Source: Actibacterium sp. 188UL27-1
Lineage (GTDB): Bacteria; Pseudomonadota; Alphaproteobacteria; Rhodobacterales; Rhodobacteraceae
DNA length: 64,000 bases
Assembly (NCBI RefSeq): GCF_016901225.1
Contig: NZ_JAFEUL010000001.1
Span: 174,773 to 238,772 of the forward strand
Direction of reading: 5' to 3'
Notes under the pieces: generated by a model
The model's database searches: none
The model's input: the letters and a program-made list of their open reading frames with translations, nothing else
What the model was told of the DNA's origin: nothing
Position numbers and translations under genes: made by a program
Shown: positions 1 through 11,814 of the stretch, one piece after another
Numbering within the stretch: the stretch's first letter is position 1
Layout of the letters: every line of letters starts with the position of its first letter

Positions 1-2
1 CC

Positions 3-2343
<2,341 letters not shown>

Positions 2344-2353
2344 GGGTTTTTCG

Positions 2354-3163
2354 GTGGCGCCGCGTCATCTGTTTCGCGTTTGGCCAGGTCGCGCCCGCGG
2401 CGTATTGCAGGCGGCATGCGTGTGGCTGGCGGGTTGCGGTGGCACCGCCTGGACCGAGACCAGCAGGGTTGGTGAGACGGGCGATGCGCTGGACCGTGCG
2501 CTGATTTCCCCCGCCGATGCGCAGATTGTGGCGGCCCGGTTCGAAGGGCCGACGGCGCGCTATCCTCATGCTGTGCTGGGCGATCCGATTGAGCATACGA
2601 CGCTGGTCTTGGACATGATCGGGTCCGCCAGTGTGGAGTTTGAGCTGCCAGACACGCGGGTGTTCGAGGATGTCGCGCCACGTCTGGCAGATGTGGATAG
2701 GGACGGCCGGCCTGAGGTGATTGTGGTCGAGAGCCACCAGACTCAAGGCGCGCGGCTTGCGATCTATGGCGCGCGCGGACTGATTGCAGCTACGCCCTAT
2801 ATCGGCCAGCGTTTCCGCTGGCTGGCGCCCATTGGTATCGCTGATCTCGACAGCGACGGGGCAATTGAGCTTGCCTATATAGACCGCCCGCATCTGGCCA
2901 AGCGACTTCGGGTGTGGCGCTATGATGATGGTCGGCTGCGGGCGGTCGCGGACCTGGACGGGTTGACCAATCACCGGATTGGCGAACGGGACATTGCAGG
3001 CGGCATCCGCGATTGCGGCCAAGGCCCCGAAATGGTCACCGCCGATGCCAACTGGCGCAACATCATGGTCACAAGACTGGATAACGGCCAGTTGGAGAGC
3101 CAACCCGTCGGCCCCCATCGCGGACGCATCTCATTTGCCGAAGCCCTGGCCTGTAAATTCTGA
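2354..3163 (+). CDS. Hypothetical lipoprotein with FG-GAP/VCBS-like Asp-rich repeats
   Basis: An in-frame GTG at 2354 sits after the ferredoxin stop, preceded by GAGGG. The N-terminus RHLFRVWPGRARGVLQAACVWLAGC ends in a lipobox. Repeated DxDxDG motifs (ADVDRDGRPEV, ADLDSDGAIEL) are present. The start is uncertain. Confidence 0.5.
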   Translation: MAPRHLFRVWPGRARGVLQAACVWLAGCGGTAWTETSRVGETGDALDRALISPADAQIVAARFEGPTARYPHAVLGDPIEHTTLVLDMIGSASVEFELPDTRVFEDVAPRLADVDRDGRPEVIVVESHQTQGARLAIYGARGLIAATPYIGQRFRWLAPIGIADLDSDGAIELAYIDRPHLAKRLRVWRYDDGRLRAVADLDGLTNHRIGERDIAGGIRDCGQGPEMVTADANWRNIMVTRLDNGQLESQPVGPHRGRISFAEALACKF

Positions 3164-3263
3164 CCATTTGTCAGAAAGACGCTCCTCCCACCCCTTTCTT
3201 ATTGGCAAAAATATTCCGGGGGAGCAGCCAAAGGCTGCGGGGGCTGGCCCCCAGCAGCGGTCA

Positions 3264-4526
3264 TCACAAAGCGCGCCAGCCGATATCGCGCCGACAGAAC
3301 CCATCGGGCCAAACCACCGCATCGATCAGGGCATAGGCGCGGGCCTGGGCCTCGGCCAGGGTCGCACCACGCGCGGTGGCATTCAGAACGCGGCCGCCGC
3401 TGGCCACCACTTGCCCATCACGGGCGGCGGTCCCGGCATGGAACATCATCTCAAAGCTGGTCTCGGGCAGGTGATTCAATCCCCTGATGGCCGAACCTTT
3501 GGTATAGCTTCCGGGATAGCCCTGCGCGGCCATCACGACCGTCATGGCATGGTCATTTGCCCAGTGGATCTGGGTCTCGGCCAGGCGCCCCTCGGCGCAG
3601 GCCTGCATCGCGTCAAAGGCCTGTGCGCCCAGCCGCATCATCAGCGCCTGGCATTCCGGATCACCGAAGCGCACGTTGTATTCCACCAGCCGAGGCTGCC
3701 CATCCGCGATCATCAGACCCACATATAGCACCCCCTGATAGGGTGTGCCGCGCCGCGCCATTTCGGCCATGGTGGGGCGTACGATCTGTGTCAGCGCAGC
3801 CTCGACCACTATATCCGTCATCACGGGCGCGGGGCTGTAGGCGCCCATGCCACCCGTATTAGGTCCGGTATCGCCGTCTCCGACCCGCTTGTGATCCTGG
3901 GCGGTGCCGATGGGCAGCACGTTGGTACCATCACATAGAACGAAAAAGCTGGCTTCTTCGCCCTCCATGAACTCCTCGATGACGACCGAGGCGCCAGCCT
4001 CGCCAAATGCGCCGCCCAGCATGTCATCGATGGCGGTCAAGGCGGTGGCTTCATCCATTGCGACAACAACGCCCTTGCCCGCGGCCAGGCCATCGGCCTT
4101 GACCACAATGGGCGCGCCGTGGACTGCAACATAGGCCCTGGCAGCGGCGACTTCGGTGAAGCGGGCCCAGCCTGCGGTGGGCGCGTGGCACGCATCGCAA
4201 ATCTCCTTGGTGAACGTCTTTGACGCCTCCAACTGCGCGGCCGCTGCGGAGGGGCCAAAGACCGCGATCCGCGCATCGCGCAGCCGGTCTGCGACCCCGG
4301 CGGCCAACGGCGCCTCCGGACCGATGATCACGAAATCGACCGAGTTCTGTTCAGCAAAGTCGACGACGGCGGCCCGATCGCAAATGTCCAGATCGGCACA
4401 TTCGGCCAAGGCGGCGATCCCGGCATTGCCCGGTGCCACGATCAGCCGGTCGCATTTCGGGTTCTGCTTCACGGCCCAGGCCAGCGCATGTTCGCGGCCA
4501 CCACCGCCCAGGATCAGGATGTTCAT
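3264..4526 (-). CDS. purD: Phosphoribosylamine--glycine ligase
   Basis: MNILILGGGGREHALAWA... spans 420 aa, with the ATP-grasp architecture typical of PurD. Confidence 0.92.
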   Translation of the reverse strand: MNILILGGGGREHALAWAVKQNPKCDRLIVAPGNAGIAALAECADLDICDRAAVVDFAEQNSVDFVIIGPEAPLAAGVADRLRDARIAVFGPSAAAAQLEASKTFTKEICDACHAPTAGWARFTEVAAARAYVAVHGAPIVVKADGLAAGKGVVVAMDEATALTAIDDMLGGAFGEAGASVVIEEFMEGEEASFFVLCDGTNVLPIGTAQDHKRVGDGDTGPNTGGMGAYSPAPVMTDIVVEAALTQIVRPTMAEMARRGTPYQGVLYVGLMIADGQPRLVEYNVRFGDPECQALMMRLGAQAFDAMQACAEGRLAETQIHWANDHAMTVVMAAQGYPGSYTKGSAIRGLNHLPETSFEMMFHAGTAARDGQVVASGGRVLNATARGATLAEAQARAYALIDAVVWPDGFCRRDIGWRAL

Positions 4527-4614
4527 GATGCCCCCTTTGAAAGCCGCCTTGCCTTAGCCAAGCCCCTGTCCGGTCGCAAGCGGGTTTGACCGGATCACGT
4601 GCCTGACCTTATGG

Positions 4615-5406
4615 GTGGGGCCAGACGCAACCGTGACCGGGGGGACAACCAAGGCCCGCAAGAAACGACCCGCAAAGCTGCCAGCCCCCTACCTACGACG
4701 CCTCGTGATCAAGGATGGCGCCCTGTCTAAGAATACGGTCTATCACTTTGATCTGCCCTGGCTCCACCGCGATGGGTTTGAGCTGGAATTCACGACGCCT
4801 GTCACGATCATCGCGGGCGAAAACGGGTCTGGCAAATCCACGCTGATCGAGGCTATTGCCTGGCTCGCCGGGTTCACCCCCACGGGTGGTGGCCCCAACC
4901 GTGATCCCCGCGCCGATGCGGAAGAGGCCGAGACCAGCAGGGCGCAGCTGGCCGACGCCCTTCAGCCCGGTTGGCTGCCGAAGGTCAGCACCGGTTGGTT
5001 CTTCCGGGCCGAGACGTTCTTTACCGTCGCCCAGCAGATTGCCAGTGATTACCTGTCCTGGTCCCATGGCGAGGGCTTCTTGCGGATTTTTAGCGAGCGG
5101 ATGTCGGCACCCGGCCTTTACCTGATGGACGAACCGGAAAGCGCCCTGGCCCCCGAACGTCAGTTTGATCTGCTGCGGCAGCTGCACCGCATTCAGACGC
5201 AGGCAAATGCGCAAGTGATCATGGCCACGCATTCTCCGACCCTGATGGCGGTTCCCGGTGCGCGGCTGCTCCAGATCCGGCGCGACCGGATCGATGAGGC
5301 CCACTACCAGGATACGCGGCATTTCCGCCTTTACCGCTCCTTCACGCTCGACCCGGAGGCGATGATTGCCGAAGCGCTGGCCCGAGAAGACGATGATCTG
5401 TTCTGA
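4615..5406 (+). CDS. AAA family ATPase (COG3910-like predicted ATPase)
   Basis: Walker A motif IIAGENGSGKST and Walker B-like LYLMDEPESAL in a 263-aa protein. Confidence 0.7.
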   Translation: MGPDATVTGGTTKARKKRPAKLPAPYLRRLVIKDGALSKNTVYHFDLPWLHRDGFELEFTTPVTIIAGENGSGKSTLIEAIAWLAGFTPTGGGPNRDPRADAEEAETSRAQLADALQPGWLPKVSTGWFFRAETFFTVAQQIASDYLSWSHGEGFLRIFSERMSAPGLYLMDEPESALAPERQFDLLRQLHRIQTQANAQVIMATHSPTLMAVPGARLLQIRRDRIDEAHYQDTRHFRLYRSFTLDPEAMIAEALAREDDDLF

Positions 5407-5488
5407 CCCCCCGGATAGTGGCATAGACAGACCCGCCCTTGCTGTGTGACCCTGCTGTCAGTGTTGAACGGTTGGGGATTGTTCTGTC

Positions 5489-6235
5489 ATGAATCTGTCT
5501 GCGTCATCCCTCTTGGGCCGGATCTGCGGTACGGGGGCGCTTGCTGCTTTGGTCGCACTTCCCGGACCTGCCGCCGCGATGGAATGCACTGAGGATGCTA
5601 TGGTCGTCTTCGATGGCTCCGGCTCCATGTCGGAAATGGGGTTCAACGACATGTGGGAGGCGCGGATCGTTGAGGCACGCCGCGCCGTGCGCCGTTCGAT
5701 CCCGCAGGTGGCGCCGTTCCGGCGGTTGGGACTGATCGTCTATGGCCCCGGCTCAAACGAGGATTGCAGCAATATCACTGTTCGTTTCCCTCCGCAGGCC
5801 CAGGCAGCAGACCGGATGATCGCCGAGATTGATGCTATGCAGCCCATGGGGCCGACCCCGCTCACATCCTCGGTCCTGCGCGCAGCGGAGGTGCTGAATT
5901 ATCGCGAGCAATCGGGTGTGGTGGTCCTGGTCACCGATGGAAAAGAAACCTGCGGCGGCTCCCCCTGCTATTTGGCTGCTTTGCTGGCCGCCGATGGGCT
6001 TGACCTGACGGTACATGTGATCGGCTTCAAGGTGCGCGGCGACTACTTCAATTGGAATAGCCAGGGCGGCGATGAGAAGGACGCCCAAACGACCGTCGCC
6101 CGCTGCCTCGCCGACCGCACCGGCGGCAAGTACTTGTCCACCGAAACAGTCGATGAACTGGCTGCCGCCTTCCAGGAAACCCTGGGCTGCGCGCTAATCG
6201 GGCACAACCATGCCCTTCGGATACCCTTTGGTTGA
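5489..6235 (+). CDS. Secreted von Willebrand factor type A (vWA) domain protein
   Basis: A signal peptide (AALVALPGPAAA) is followed by VVFDGSGSM and VVLVTDGKETCGG, resembling a MIDAS/vWA signature. Confidence 0.7.
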   Translation: MNLSASSLLGRICGTGALAALVALPGPAAAMECTEDAMVVFDGSGSMSEMGFNDMWEARIVEARRAVRRSIPQVAPFRRLGLIVYGPGSNEDCSNITVRFPPQAQAADRMIAEIDAMQPMGPTPLTSSVLRAAEVLNYREQSGVVVLVTDGKETCGGSPCYLAALLAADGLDLTVHVIGFKVRGDYFNWNSQGGDEKDAQTTVARCLADRTGGKYLSTETVDELAAAFQETLGCALIGHNHALRIPFG

Positions 6236-6250
6236 GTGTCAGTACCGATG

Positions 6251-6694
6251 TCACATACCACCATTTATTTTTATGCGCAGACAGATGCTTACGCAGAATT
6301 TTCCAATTTCGCTCCCTACGGCGTCGCATTGGGCGGTGTCTGGTGGCGGACGGTCGAACACTACTTTCAAGCCATGAAATTCCACGATGATGCCTATCGT
6401 GAGCGAATCCGACGGTGCAGCAAACCCAAGGACGCCAAAGCCCTGGGCATGACCCGGCAGATCCCACTGCGCCCTGACTGGGACGCGGTCAAGGCCAGCA
6501 TCATGCTGGACGCCGTGCGGTGCAAGTTTCGCACCCACGATCACCCGCGTGCGCTGCTTTGCGCAACTGGGGAGGCTCAGATCGTGGAAAATGCGCCGAT
6601 GGACAGCTATTGGGGCTGCGGGCCGGACGGGCAGGGGTTGAACATGCTGGGAAAGATCCTGATGCAGGTCCGTGCCGAACTTCAACCTGGTTGA
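6251..6694 (+). CDS. NADAR family protein (YbiA-like N-glycosidase, DUF1768)
   Basis: MSHTTIYFY...FSNFAPYG...WRTVEHYFQAMKF...SYWGCG matches the NADAR/YbiA family. The track ORF begins 15 nt earlier at 6236. Confidence 0.75.
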   Translation, partial: SHTTIYFYAQTDAYAEFSNFAPYGVALGGVWWRTVEHYFQAMKFHDDAYRERIRRCSKPKDAKALGMTRQIPLRPDWDAVKASIMLDAVRCKFRTHDHPRALLCATGEAQIVENAPMDSYWGCGPDGQGLNMLGKILMQVRAELQPG

Positions 6695-6748
6695 GCTGCC
6701 GCCAGCCCTTGTATCACCACGGGTTTTGACGGACGTTGTTTTAAAGCG

Positions 6749-8326
6749 ATGGCGAGCGGTACGGGGCACACCATGGATCTGTTGGATGATGAAAGCTCCG
6801 CTGGGGCTTCGAACGCGCCGGAATTCTCGGTCTCTGAGCTGTCGGGCGCGATCAAAAGGACACTGGAAGGAGCCTTTGGCCGGGTTCGAGTGCGCGGTGA
6901 GGTTGGCCGCGTGATGAAGGCCAAGTCGGGCCACATGTATTACGACATCAAGGATGACCGGAACGTCATCGCCTGCACCACGTGGAAGGGGCAGGTCTCG
7001 GGTTTGGGTGTGCTGCCCGAAGAGGGGCTGGAGGTGATTGTCACCGGCAAGCTCTCCTCCTTTAGTGCCCAGTCGCGCTACAATATCAACGTCGATACGA
7101 TCGAAGTGGCAGGTGCCGGTGCCCTTATGGCGATGCTGGAAAAGCGCAAGGCGCAGTTGGCCGCAGACGGCCTCTTTGCGCCCGAACGCAAGCAGGCGCT
7201 CCCGTTCCTGCCCGAGGTGATCGGGGTGGTGACCTCGCCCTCGGGTGCCGTGATCCGCGACATTCTCCATCGCCTGCGCGACCGGTTCCCGCGCAAGGTG
7301 CTGATCTGGCCCGTCGCCGTGCAAGGCGCCAATTGTGCACCCGAAGTGACGGCGGCCATCGCAGGCTTCAACCAGTTTACCCCCGGTGGGGCGCTTCCCC
7401 GACCCGACCTGCTGATCGTGGCGCGCGGTGGCGGCTCCATCGAGGATCTGTGGGGATTCAACGAGGAAAGCGTCGTGCGGGCCGCTGCGGCCTCGGACAT
7501 CCCCTTGATCTCAGCCGTGGGTCACGAGACCGACACGACCCTGATCGACTTTGCGTCCGACAAACGGGCACCAACCCCGACGGCGGCGGCAGAAATGGCC
7601 GTGCCGGTGCGGCTTGACCTGATGGCCTGGGTCGATGGGCAGGAAGCACGTCTGAGCCGCGCCCTCGCGCAAGGCATCGGCCAACGTCAGCAGCACTTGC
7701 GCGATTTGTCCCGCGCCTTGCCGCGGCCCGAAACCTTGCTGAACACTGCCGCGCAACGCCTTGATCTGTGGGCCGATCGCCTGCCCAACGCCCTGCGTGC
7801 AGGTATCCAAAGCCGGCAGGTGCGGCTGGCCCAAGCCGGGTTGCGGGCCAACATGCTGCGCAACCTTCTGACCACGGGGCAAGAGCGTCTGACCACCCTT
7901 GACCGCCGCCGCCCGGCTGCCCTGACCCGCCAGGTGAACACTGCGCGACGGCACCTGACCGCCACGACCGGTCGCCTGCGCCTGTCGCTTTTGCAACAGG
8001 ACGTCGCCCGCAAATCAGAGGCTTATGGCCAGCTGTCCCGCCGCTTTACCGATTTGGCACGCGCGCAGTTGCAGGGCCGCCGGAACCGTCTGGATACGCT
8101 GGATCGTCTGCGCGAAACCTTGGGCTACCAGGCCACGCTCGCCCGCGGTTATGCGGTGGTCAGGGCGGGGGACCAGGTGATTACAACCAAAGCCGCCGCT
8201 GCAAAAGCGGGCTCTCTTGAGATTGAGTTCCAAGATGGCCGGCTGACCCCGCAAATGGAAGCCAAAGCAGCCAAATCGCGCAAAAAGCCCGACACACCGC
8301 CACCGGATCAAGGCACGCTCTTCTAA
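6749..8326 (+). CDS. xseA: Exodeoxyribonuclease VII large subunit
   Basis: The N-terminus FSVSELSGAIKRTLE...VRVRGEV...SGHMYYDIKD and the 525-aa length fit the XseA OB-fold plus catalytic domain. The start may be at M9 (6773). Confidence 0.9.
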   Translation: MASGTGHTMDLLDDESSAGASNAPEFSVSELSGAIKRTLEGAFGRVRVRGEVGRVMKAKSGHMYYDIKDDRNVIACTTWKGQVSGLGVLPEEGLEVIVTGKLSSFSAQSRYNINVDTIEVAGAGALMAMLEKRKAQLAADGLFAPERKQALPFLPEVIGVVTSPSGAVIRDILHRLRDRFPRKVLIWPVAVQGANCAPEVTAAIAGFNQFTPGGALPRPDLLIVARGGGSIEDLWGFNEESVVRAAAASDIPLISAVGHETDTTLIDFASDKRAPTPTAAAEMAVPVRLDLMAWVDGQEARLSRALAQGIGQRQQHLRDLSRALPRPETLLNTAAQRLDLWADRLPNALRAGIQSRQVRLAQAGLRANMLRNLLTTGQERLTTLDRRRPAALTRQVNTARRHLTATTGRLRLSLLQQDVARKSEAYGQLSRRFTDLARAQLQGRRNRLDTLDRLRETLGYQATLARGYAVVRAGDQVITTKAAAAKAGSLEIEFQDGRLTPQMEAKAAKSRKKPDTPPPDQGTLF

Positions 8327-8389
8327 AGAGCCCTCCCATGCCCCATTATGTGTTCTGAAATATCCCCGCCGGAGGCACATAGCCTTAGA

Positions 8390-9088
8390 TCAATCACCCA
8401 GAATCTCAGCCACCCAAGCTGGGACGATTTCTGTCGCCGGACCGTATCGCCCGGAATGAAACTGATTTGCGCCGCCGGATGGCTCCAGGTTCAGTTCCAG
8501 TGTTTGTGCCTCTCGGGCGCGCGCGTCCTGCACAAAACCAGCGGCGGGATAGACCTCGCCTGACGTGCCGATGGCGACAAACAGCGTTGCCGTCGCCAAG
8601 GCATCCTCGATCCGGCGCATCTGATAGGGGATTTCGCCAAACCAAACGATATCGGGACGGGTGGCGGGGGACCCGCATTTGGGACAAGCATCCGTAGCTT
8701 CCATGCGATCCGGCGCGGACCAACGCGCGCCGCATTGCGCACAAAGCGCGCCCATCAACTCCCCATGCATGTGGATCACTGCCTGTGCCCCGCCGCGCTC
8801 GTGTAGATCGTCAACATTCTGCGTCACGATCACGACGTCCGGATGCTTGGCTTGCAGCCGTGCTAGGGCATGGTGGGCCGCGTTGGGTTCCGCCTCCCGG
8901 CAATTCTGGCGGCGGGCATTGTAGAATGCATGGACCAAGCCCGGATCACGGGCAAAGCCTTCCGGCGTGGCAACGTCCGCGAGATCGTATTGCGACCATA
9001 GCCCGCCGACATCCCGGAAGGTGCCCAATCCGCTTTCCGCCGAAATACCGGCGCCCGTAAGGATGACGATCCGCTCGGATGCTGTCAT
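8390..9088 (-). CDS. cobB: NAD-dependent protein deacylase (Sir2 family)
   Basis: MTASERIVILTGAGISAESGLGTFRD...QNVDDLHERGG... plus a CPKCG zinc ribbon. The true start at 9088 is internal to the longer track ORF. Confidence 0.88.
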   Translation of the reverse strand: MTASERIVILTGAGISAESGLGTFRDVGGLWSQYDLADVATPEGFARDPGLVHAFYNARRQNCREAEPNAAHHALARLQAKHPDVVIVTQNVDDLHERGGAQAVIHMHGELMGALCAQCGARWSAPDRMEATDACPKCGSPATRPDIVWFGEIPYQMRRIEDALATATLFVAIGTSGEVYPAAGFVQDARAREAQTLELNLEPSGGANQFHSGRYGPATEIVPAWVAEILGD

Positions 9089-9597
9089 TCCATCATCACC
9101 TGTAAGGCGCGGGTCTTGATGTAATCGTAGCGGGGTGCGGCCTTGAATTCCTGTAGCACTGTCTCGGTTTCGGCCGTGTAATGGGTGAGTGTGTAAACGC
9201 CTGGAGGGGCAGCCTCGCTCATGATCAGGTTGTCGCCTTCCTGCATCAGGCTCACGGCCTGGAGTGGGCAAGACCCGTCATATTCGATGAAAAGGTATAT
9301 CTTGGGATGGGGCCCCATCAACGGGCCAAAGATGATGCCAAAGATATCGGTGCCTTCGACACCTTTCAGGCTATCCCGGATCTCAAACCTTTGGGGGCCA
9401 GCCAGCACGACATTGTGCCAGGCGCTGTTTGCGCAGGCTAGGGCCGCGCCAGCCCAACTGCATAATGCAAGACACGCGGCCAAGCCGACAGTATTGAACC
9501 TCTTCGATGCCGCCCTGTGCCACAACCTAGCTGCAAATGGCCTGGGCGGTGTTGCCAAAGGCCTTCCATTTCTTCCAGAATGCCTCGTTGCTGGCAT
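9085..9597 (-). CDS. Hypothetical secreted protein, 4-nt ATGA overlap with cobB start
   Basis: Protein-like ORF with a signal-like segment GLAACLALCSWAGAALA. Its stop overlaps the cobB start. The start codon is uncertain. Confidence 0.45.
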   Translation of the reverse strand: MPATRHSGRNGRPLATPPRPFAARLWHRAASKRFNTVGLAACLALCSWAGAALACANSAWHNVVLAGPQRFEIRDSLKGVEGTDIFGIIFGPLMGPHPKIYLFIEYDGSCPLQAVSLMQEGDNLIMSEAAPPGVYTLTHYTAETETVLQEFKAAPRYDYIKTRALQVMME

Positions 9598-9835
9598 TGT
9601 CGGATTGACGGGTATCTTGCGCCTTTTGTGGTTTGGCAAAGAACTTGGCCCCTTTGCGTTGATCGCCGCGGGTCAGGGTTTGGTCCGCAACGCGTTGAAT
9701 ACATTTACAAAGGTCGCGCGATACGACCCGGTCGGATCGCATGCATGCCCGTTCGATTGCGCCGCGTGCTGCGGACTCTTGCACTTGAATACCCAGCAGA
9801 AGGACAGAAAAAAGTAACAGATATATATGTTTCAT
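9527..9835 (-). CDS. Small secreted Cys-containing hypothetical protein
   Basis: Clear signal peptide MKHIYLLLFSVLLLGIQVQESAA in a locally AT-rich patch. It overlaps the 5' end of the neighbouring ORF, so one of the two starts is wrong. Confidence 0.4.
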   Translation of the reverse strand: MKHIYLLLFSVLLLGIQVQESAARGAIERACMRSDRVVSRDLCKCIQRVADQTLTRGDQRKGAKFFAKPQKAQDTRQSDNASNEAFWKKWKAFGNTAQAICS

Positions 9836-9989
9836 TTGATTTTGCTCCGCTCGATCGTAATGGCGCGAGTTTGCCTCGCTTTATTGCACCATACTGTAGC
9901 TTGCGGCTTATAGCATGGCAATTTGTGCCTGCTGGACATGCCGATCTTTGATTGCACGGTCGGGGAGGGATTGGCGGTTGCATCGACCG

Positions 9990-11081
9990 TCAGGGGCCGA
10001 TGGATCGTTGGACCGTCGGGGGCAGCGGATCGGCAACCTCACCCGCGGTTCGGATCCGCTCAACCCGGTATCCCGCCCGGCGCAGCAGTTGCAGCAAACC
10101 TTTCTCCCCCGGCAGATGGAACGCACCGATGGCCATGACTAGACCGCCGCGTTGCAGATGGGGCGTCGCGGTTTCTAGCATCTTGGCGTTGCGCTCATCG
10201 ATGAGCCAGCCATTCAGCTTGGTCAGCAGGCTTTCCGCCTTTTCCGTGCCAAAGAAGGCATCCAGCCGGGTGCGCTTGTCCACAATCATGGCGCCGATCT
10301 GACCCGTCAGGTACAAGTGGAACTGCGCGGCGCGCTGCGCCTTGATCGCGGTGGGTTGCAGGGCCGCGCCGTAAATCTCCAGCCCTGCGATCGACTGCCT
10401 GTAATGCACCGAATAATGGCTGTAGAACTGATCGGGGTCTTCAAGGCCCACGATCCGTGCGCCCGCATCCAGTCCCGTCATCAAAATGCGGTCATCCTGT
10501 AGGGGCAGGGCGCCACCGCCAAAGTCATTGCAGGTATCCCAGAGCAGGTCTTCGAACACAGCCGGAGCACGCAGGCGATAGATATCTGCCGGGTGCAGAT
10601 GGCGGTTTCGATACCGGCTCTCGATCCAGTCACGGACGCGCGGGTCGATCTTGCCCGGCCAGCGTGTTACGCCTGAGCGGTAATAAAGCCGGTCTGGATG
10701 GGTGCGTTCGCGCAATTCTGCGCGTGTTACGTTCAGCGGGTTCTGTTCAACCGCGATCACCGTGGCCTGTTTCAGAACCGTCGTCAGCGTTTCCGGAAGG
10801 CGGGTGATTGCGGGATCATTTGAATGCATCGTCCCCCAGATATGGGAGGCCGCGCCATTGGGTGCCGTCACCCGCCAAAACCGGCCGGTTGCGCCGGTGA
10901 TCGCTGCCCCGCCCCGGGTGATTGCCTCAATCCGATCCGGTGCATAAATCACCGGATCAAGCCGCGGATGCTCTACCAGGCAAGCTTCCCGATCAAACCA
11001 GGCCTGCGCCGCGGCCGGTCCGACCCCAATCATCATTGCCGCTGCGGCAAAGCCCAGCAGCCTAGATCGTGCGCCCACCAT
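9990..11081 (-). CDS. TraB/GumN family protein
   Basis: Signal peptide and HIWGTMH motif typical of TraB/GumN, in a protein of about 360 aa. Confidence 0.7.
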   Translation of the reverse strand: MVGARSRLLGFAAAAMMIGVGPAAAQAWFDREACLVEHPRLDPVIYAPDRIEAITRGGAAITGATGRFWRVTAPNGAASHIWGTMHSNDPAITRLPETLTTVLKQATVIAVEQNPLNVTRAELRERTHPDRLYYRSGVTRWPGKIDPRVRDWIESRYRNRHLHPADIYRLRAPAVFEDLLWDTCNDFGGGALPLQDDRILMTGLDAGARIVGLEDPDQFYSHYSVHYRQSIAGLEIYGAALQPTAIKAQRAAQFHLYLTGQIGAMIVDKRTRLDAFFGTEKAESLLTKLNGWLIDERNAKMLETATPHLQRGGLVMAIGAFHLPGEKGLLQLLRRAGYRVERIRTAGEVADPLPPTVQRSIGP

Positions 11082-11805
11082 CGATCTCCAAAATAACACC
11101 GGTTAAGAAATTGGCCTCGTCACTCGCCAGGAACACGGCTGCGCTCGCCATATCCGTCGGCTCGCACATGCGACCCAGGGGAATGGTGCTGACAAACCTC
11201 TCCCGGGCCTCGGGCGTGTCGGGCCCCCCAAGAAAGGTCTCCAACAACGCGGTGGCCGATACCACGGGTGCCAGCGCGCAAACCCGGATCTTGTCCGGCG
11301 CCAGATCCACAGCCAGGCTCTTGGTCATCAGATGCACAGCCCCCTTGGTGGAGTTGTACCAGGTCAAACCGGGGCGCGGCCGGATCCCTGCGGTTGAGCC
11401 CACATTCAGCATCACGCCGCCGCCGATATCCCGCCAATGGGGCACAACCGCATGGGTCATATGAAAGATGCTGTCGACATTGATGGCATAGACCTTGCGG
11501 AAGGCGTCGTAATCGACGTCCAGCAGCGGTCCGTTTGGGTGGCTCCACCCCGCATTGTTGATCACGATATCCAGTTGGCCGAAATCGCCGACGGCCCTCT
11601 CCACGCAATCCCGCACCTGCCCGCCGTCGGTGACATCGCAGGTTAGGGCCAGCCCGCCGATCTGATCCGCAATGGCCTTGGCCCCGTCAGCATTGATATC
11701 GACACACGCCACCTTGGCCCCTTCGGCCGCAAACCGCGTCGCGATCTGCAGGCCAAAACCCGAAGCCGCCCCGGTCACCAGTGCCGTCTTTCCGTTCAAT
11801 CGCAT
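11062..11805 (-). CDS. SDR family short-chain dehydrogenase/reductase
   Basis: N-terminal GKTALVTGAASGFG Rossmann motif in a 247-aa protein. Confidence 0.85.
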   Translation of the reverse strand: MRLNGKTALVTGAASGFGLQIATRFAAEGAKVACVDINADGAKAIADQIGGLALTCDVTDGGQVRDCVERAVGDFGQLDIVINNAGWSHPNGPLLDVDYDAFRKVYAINVDSIFHMTHAVVPHWRDIGGGVMLNVGSTAGIRPRPGLTWYNSTKGAVHLMTKSLAVDLAPDKIRVCALAPVVSATALLETFLGGPDTPEARERFVSTIPLGRMCEPTDMASAAVFLASDEANFLTGVILEIDGGRTI

Positions 11806-11814
11806 GATCGTCCC

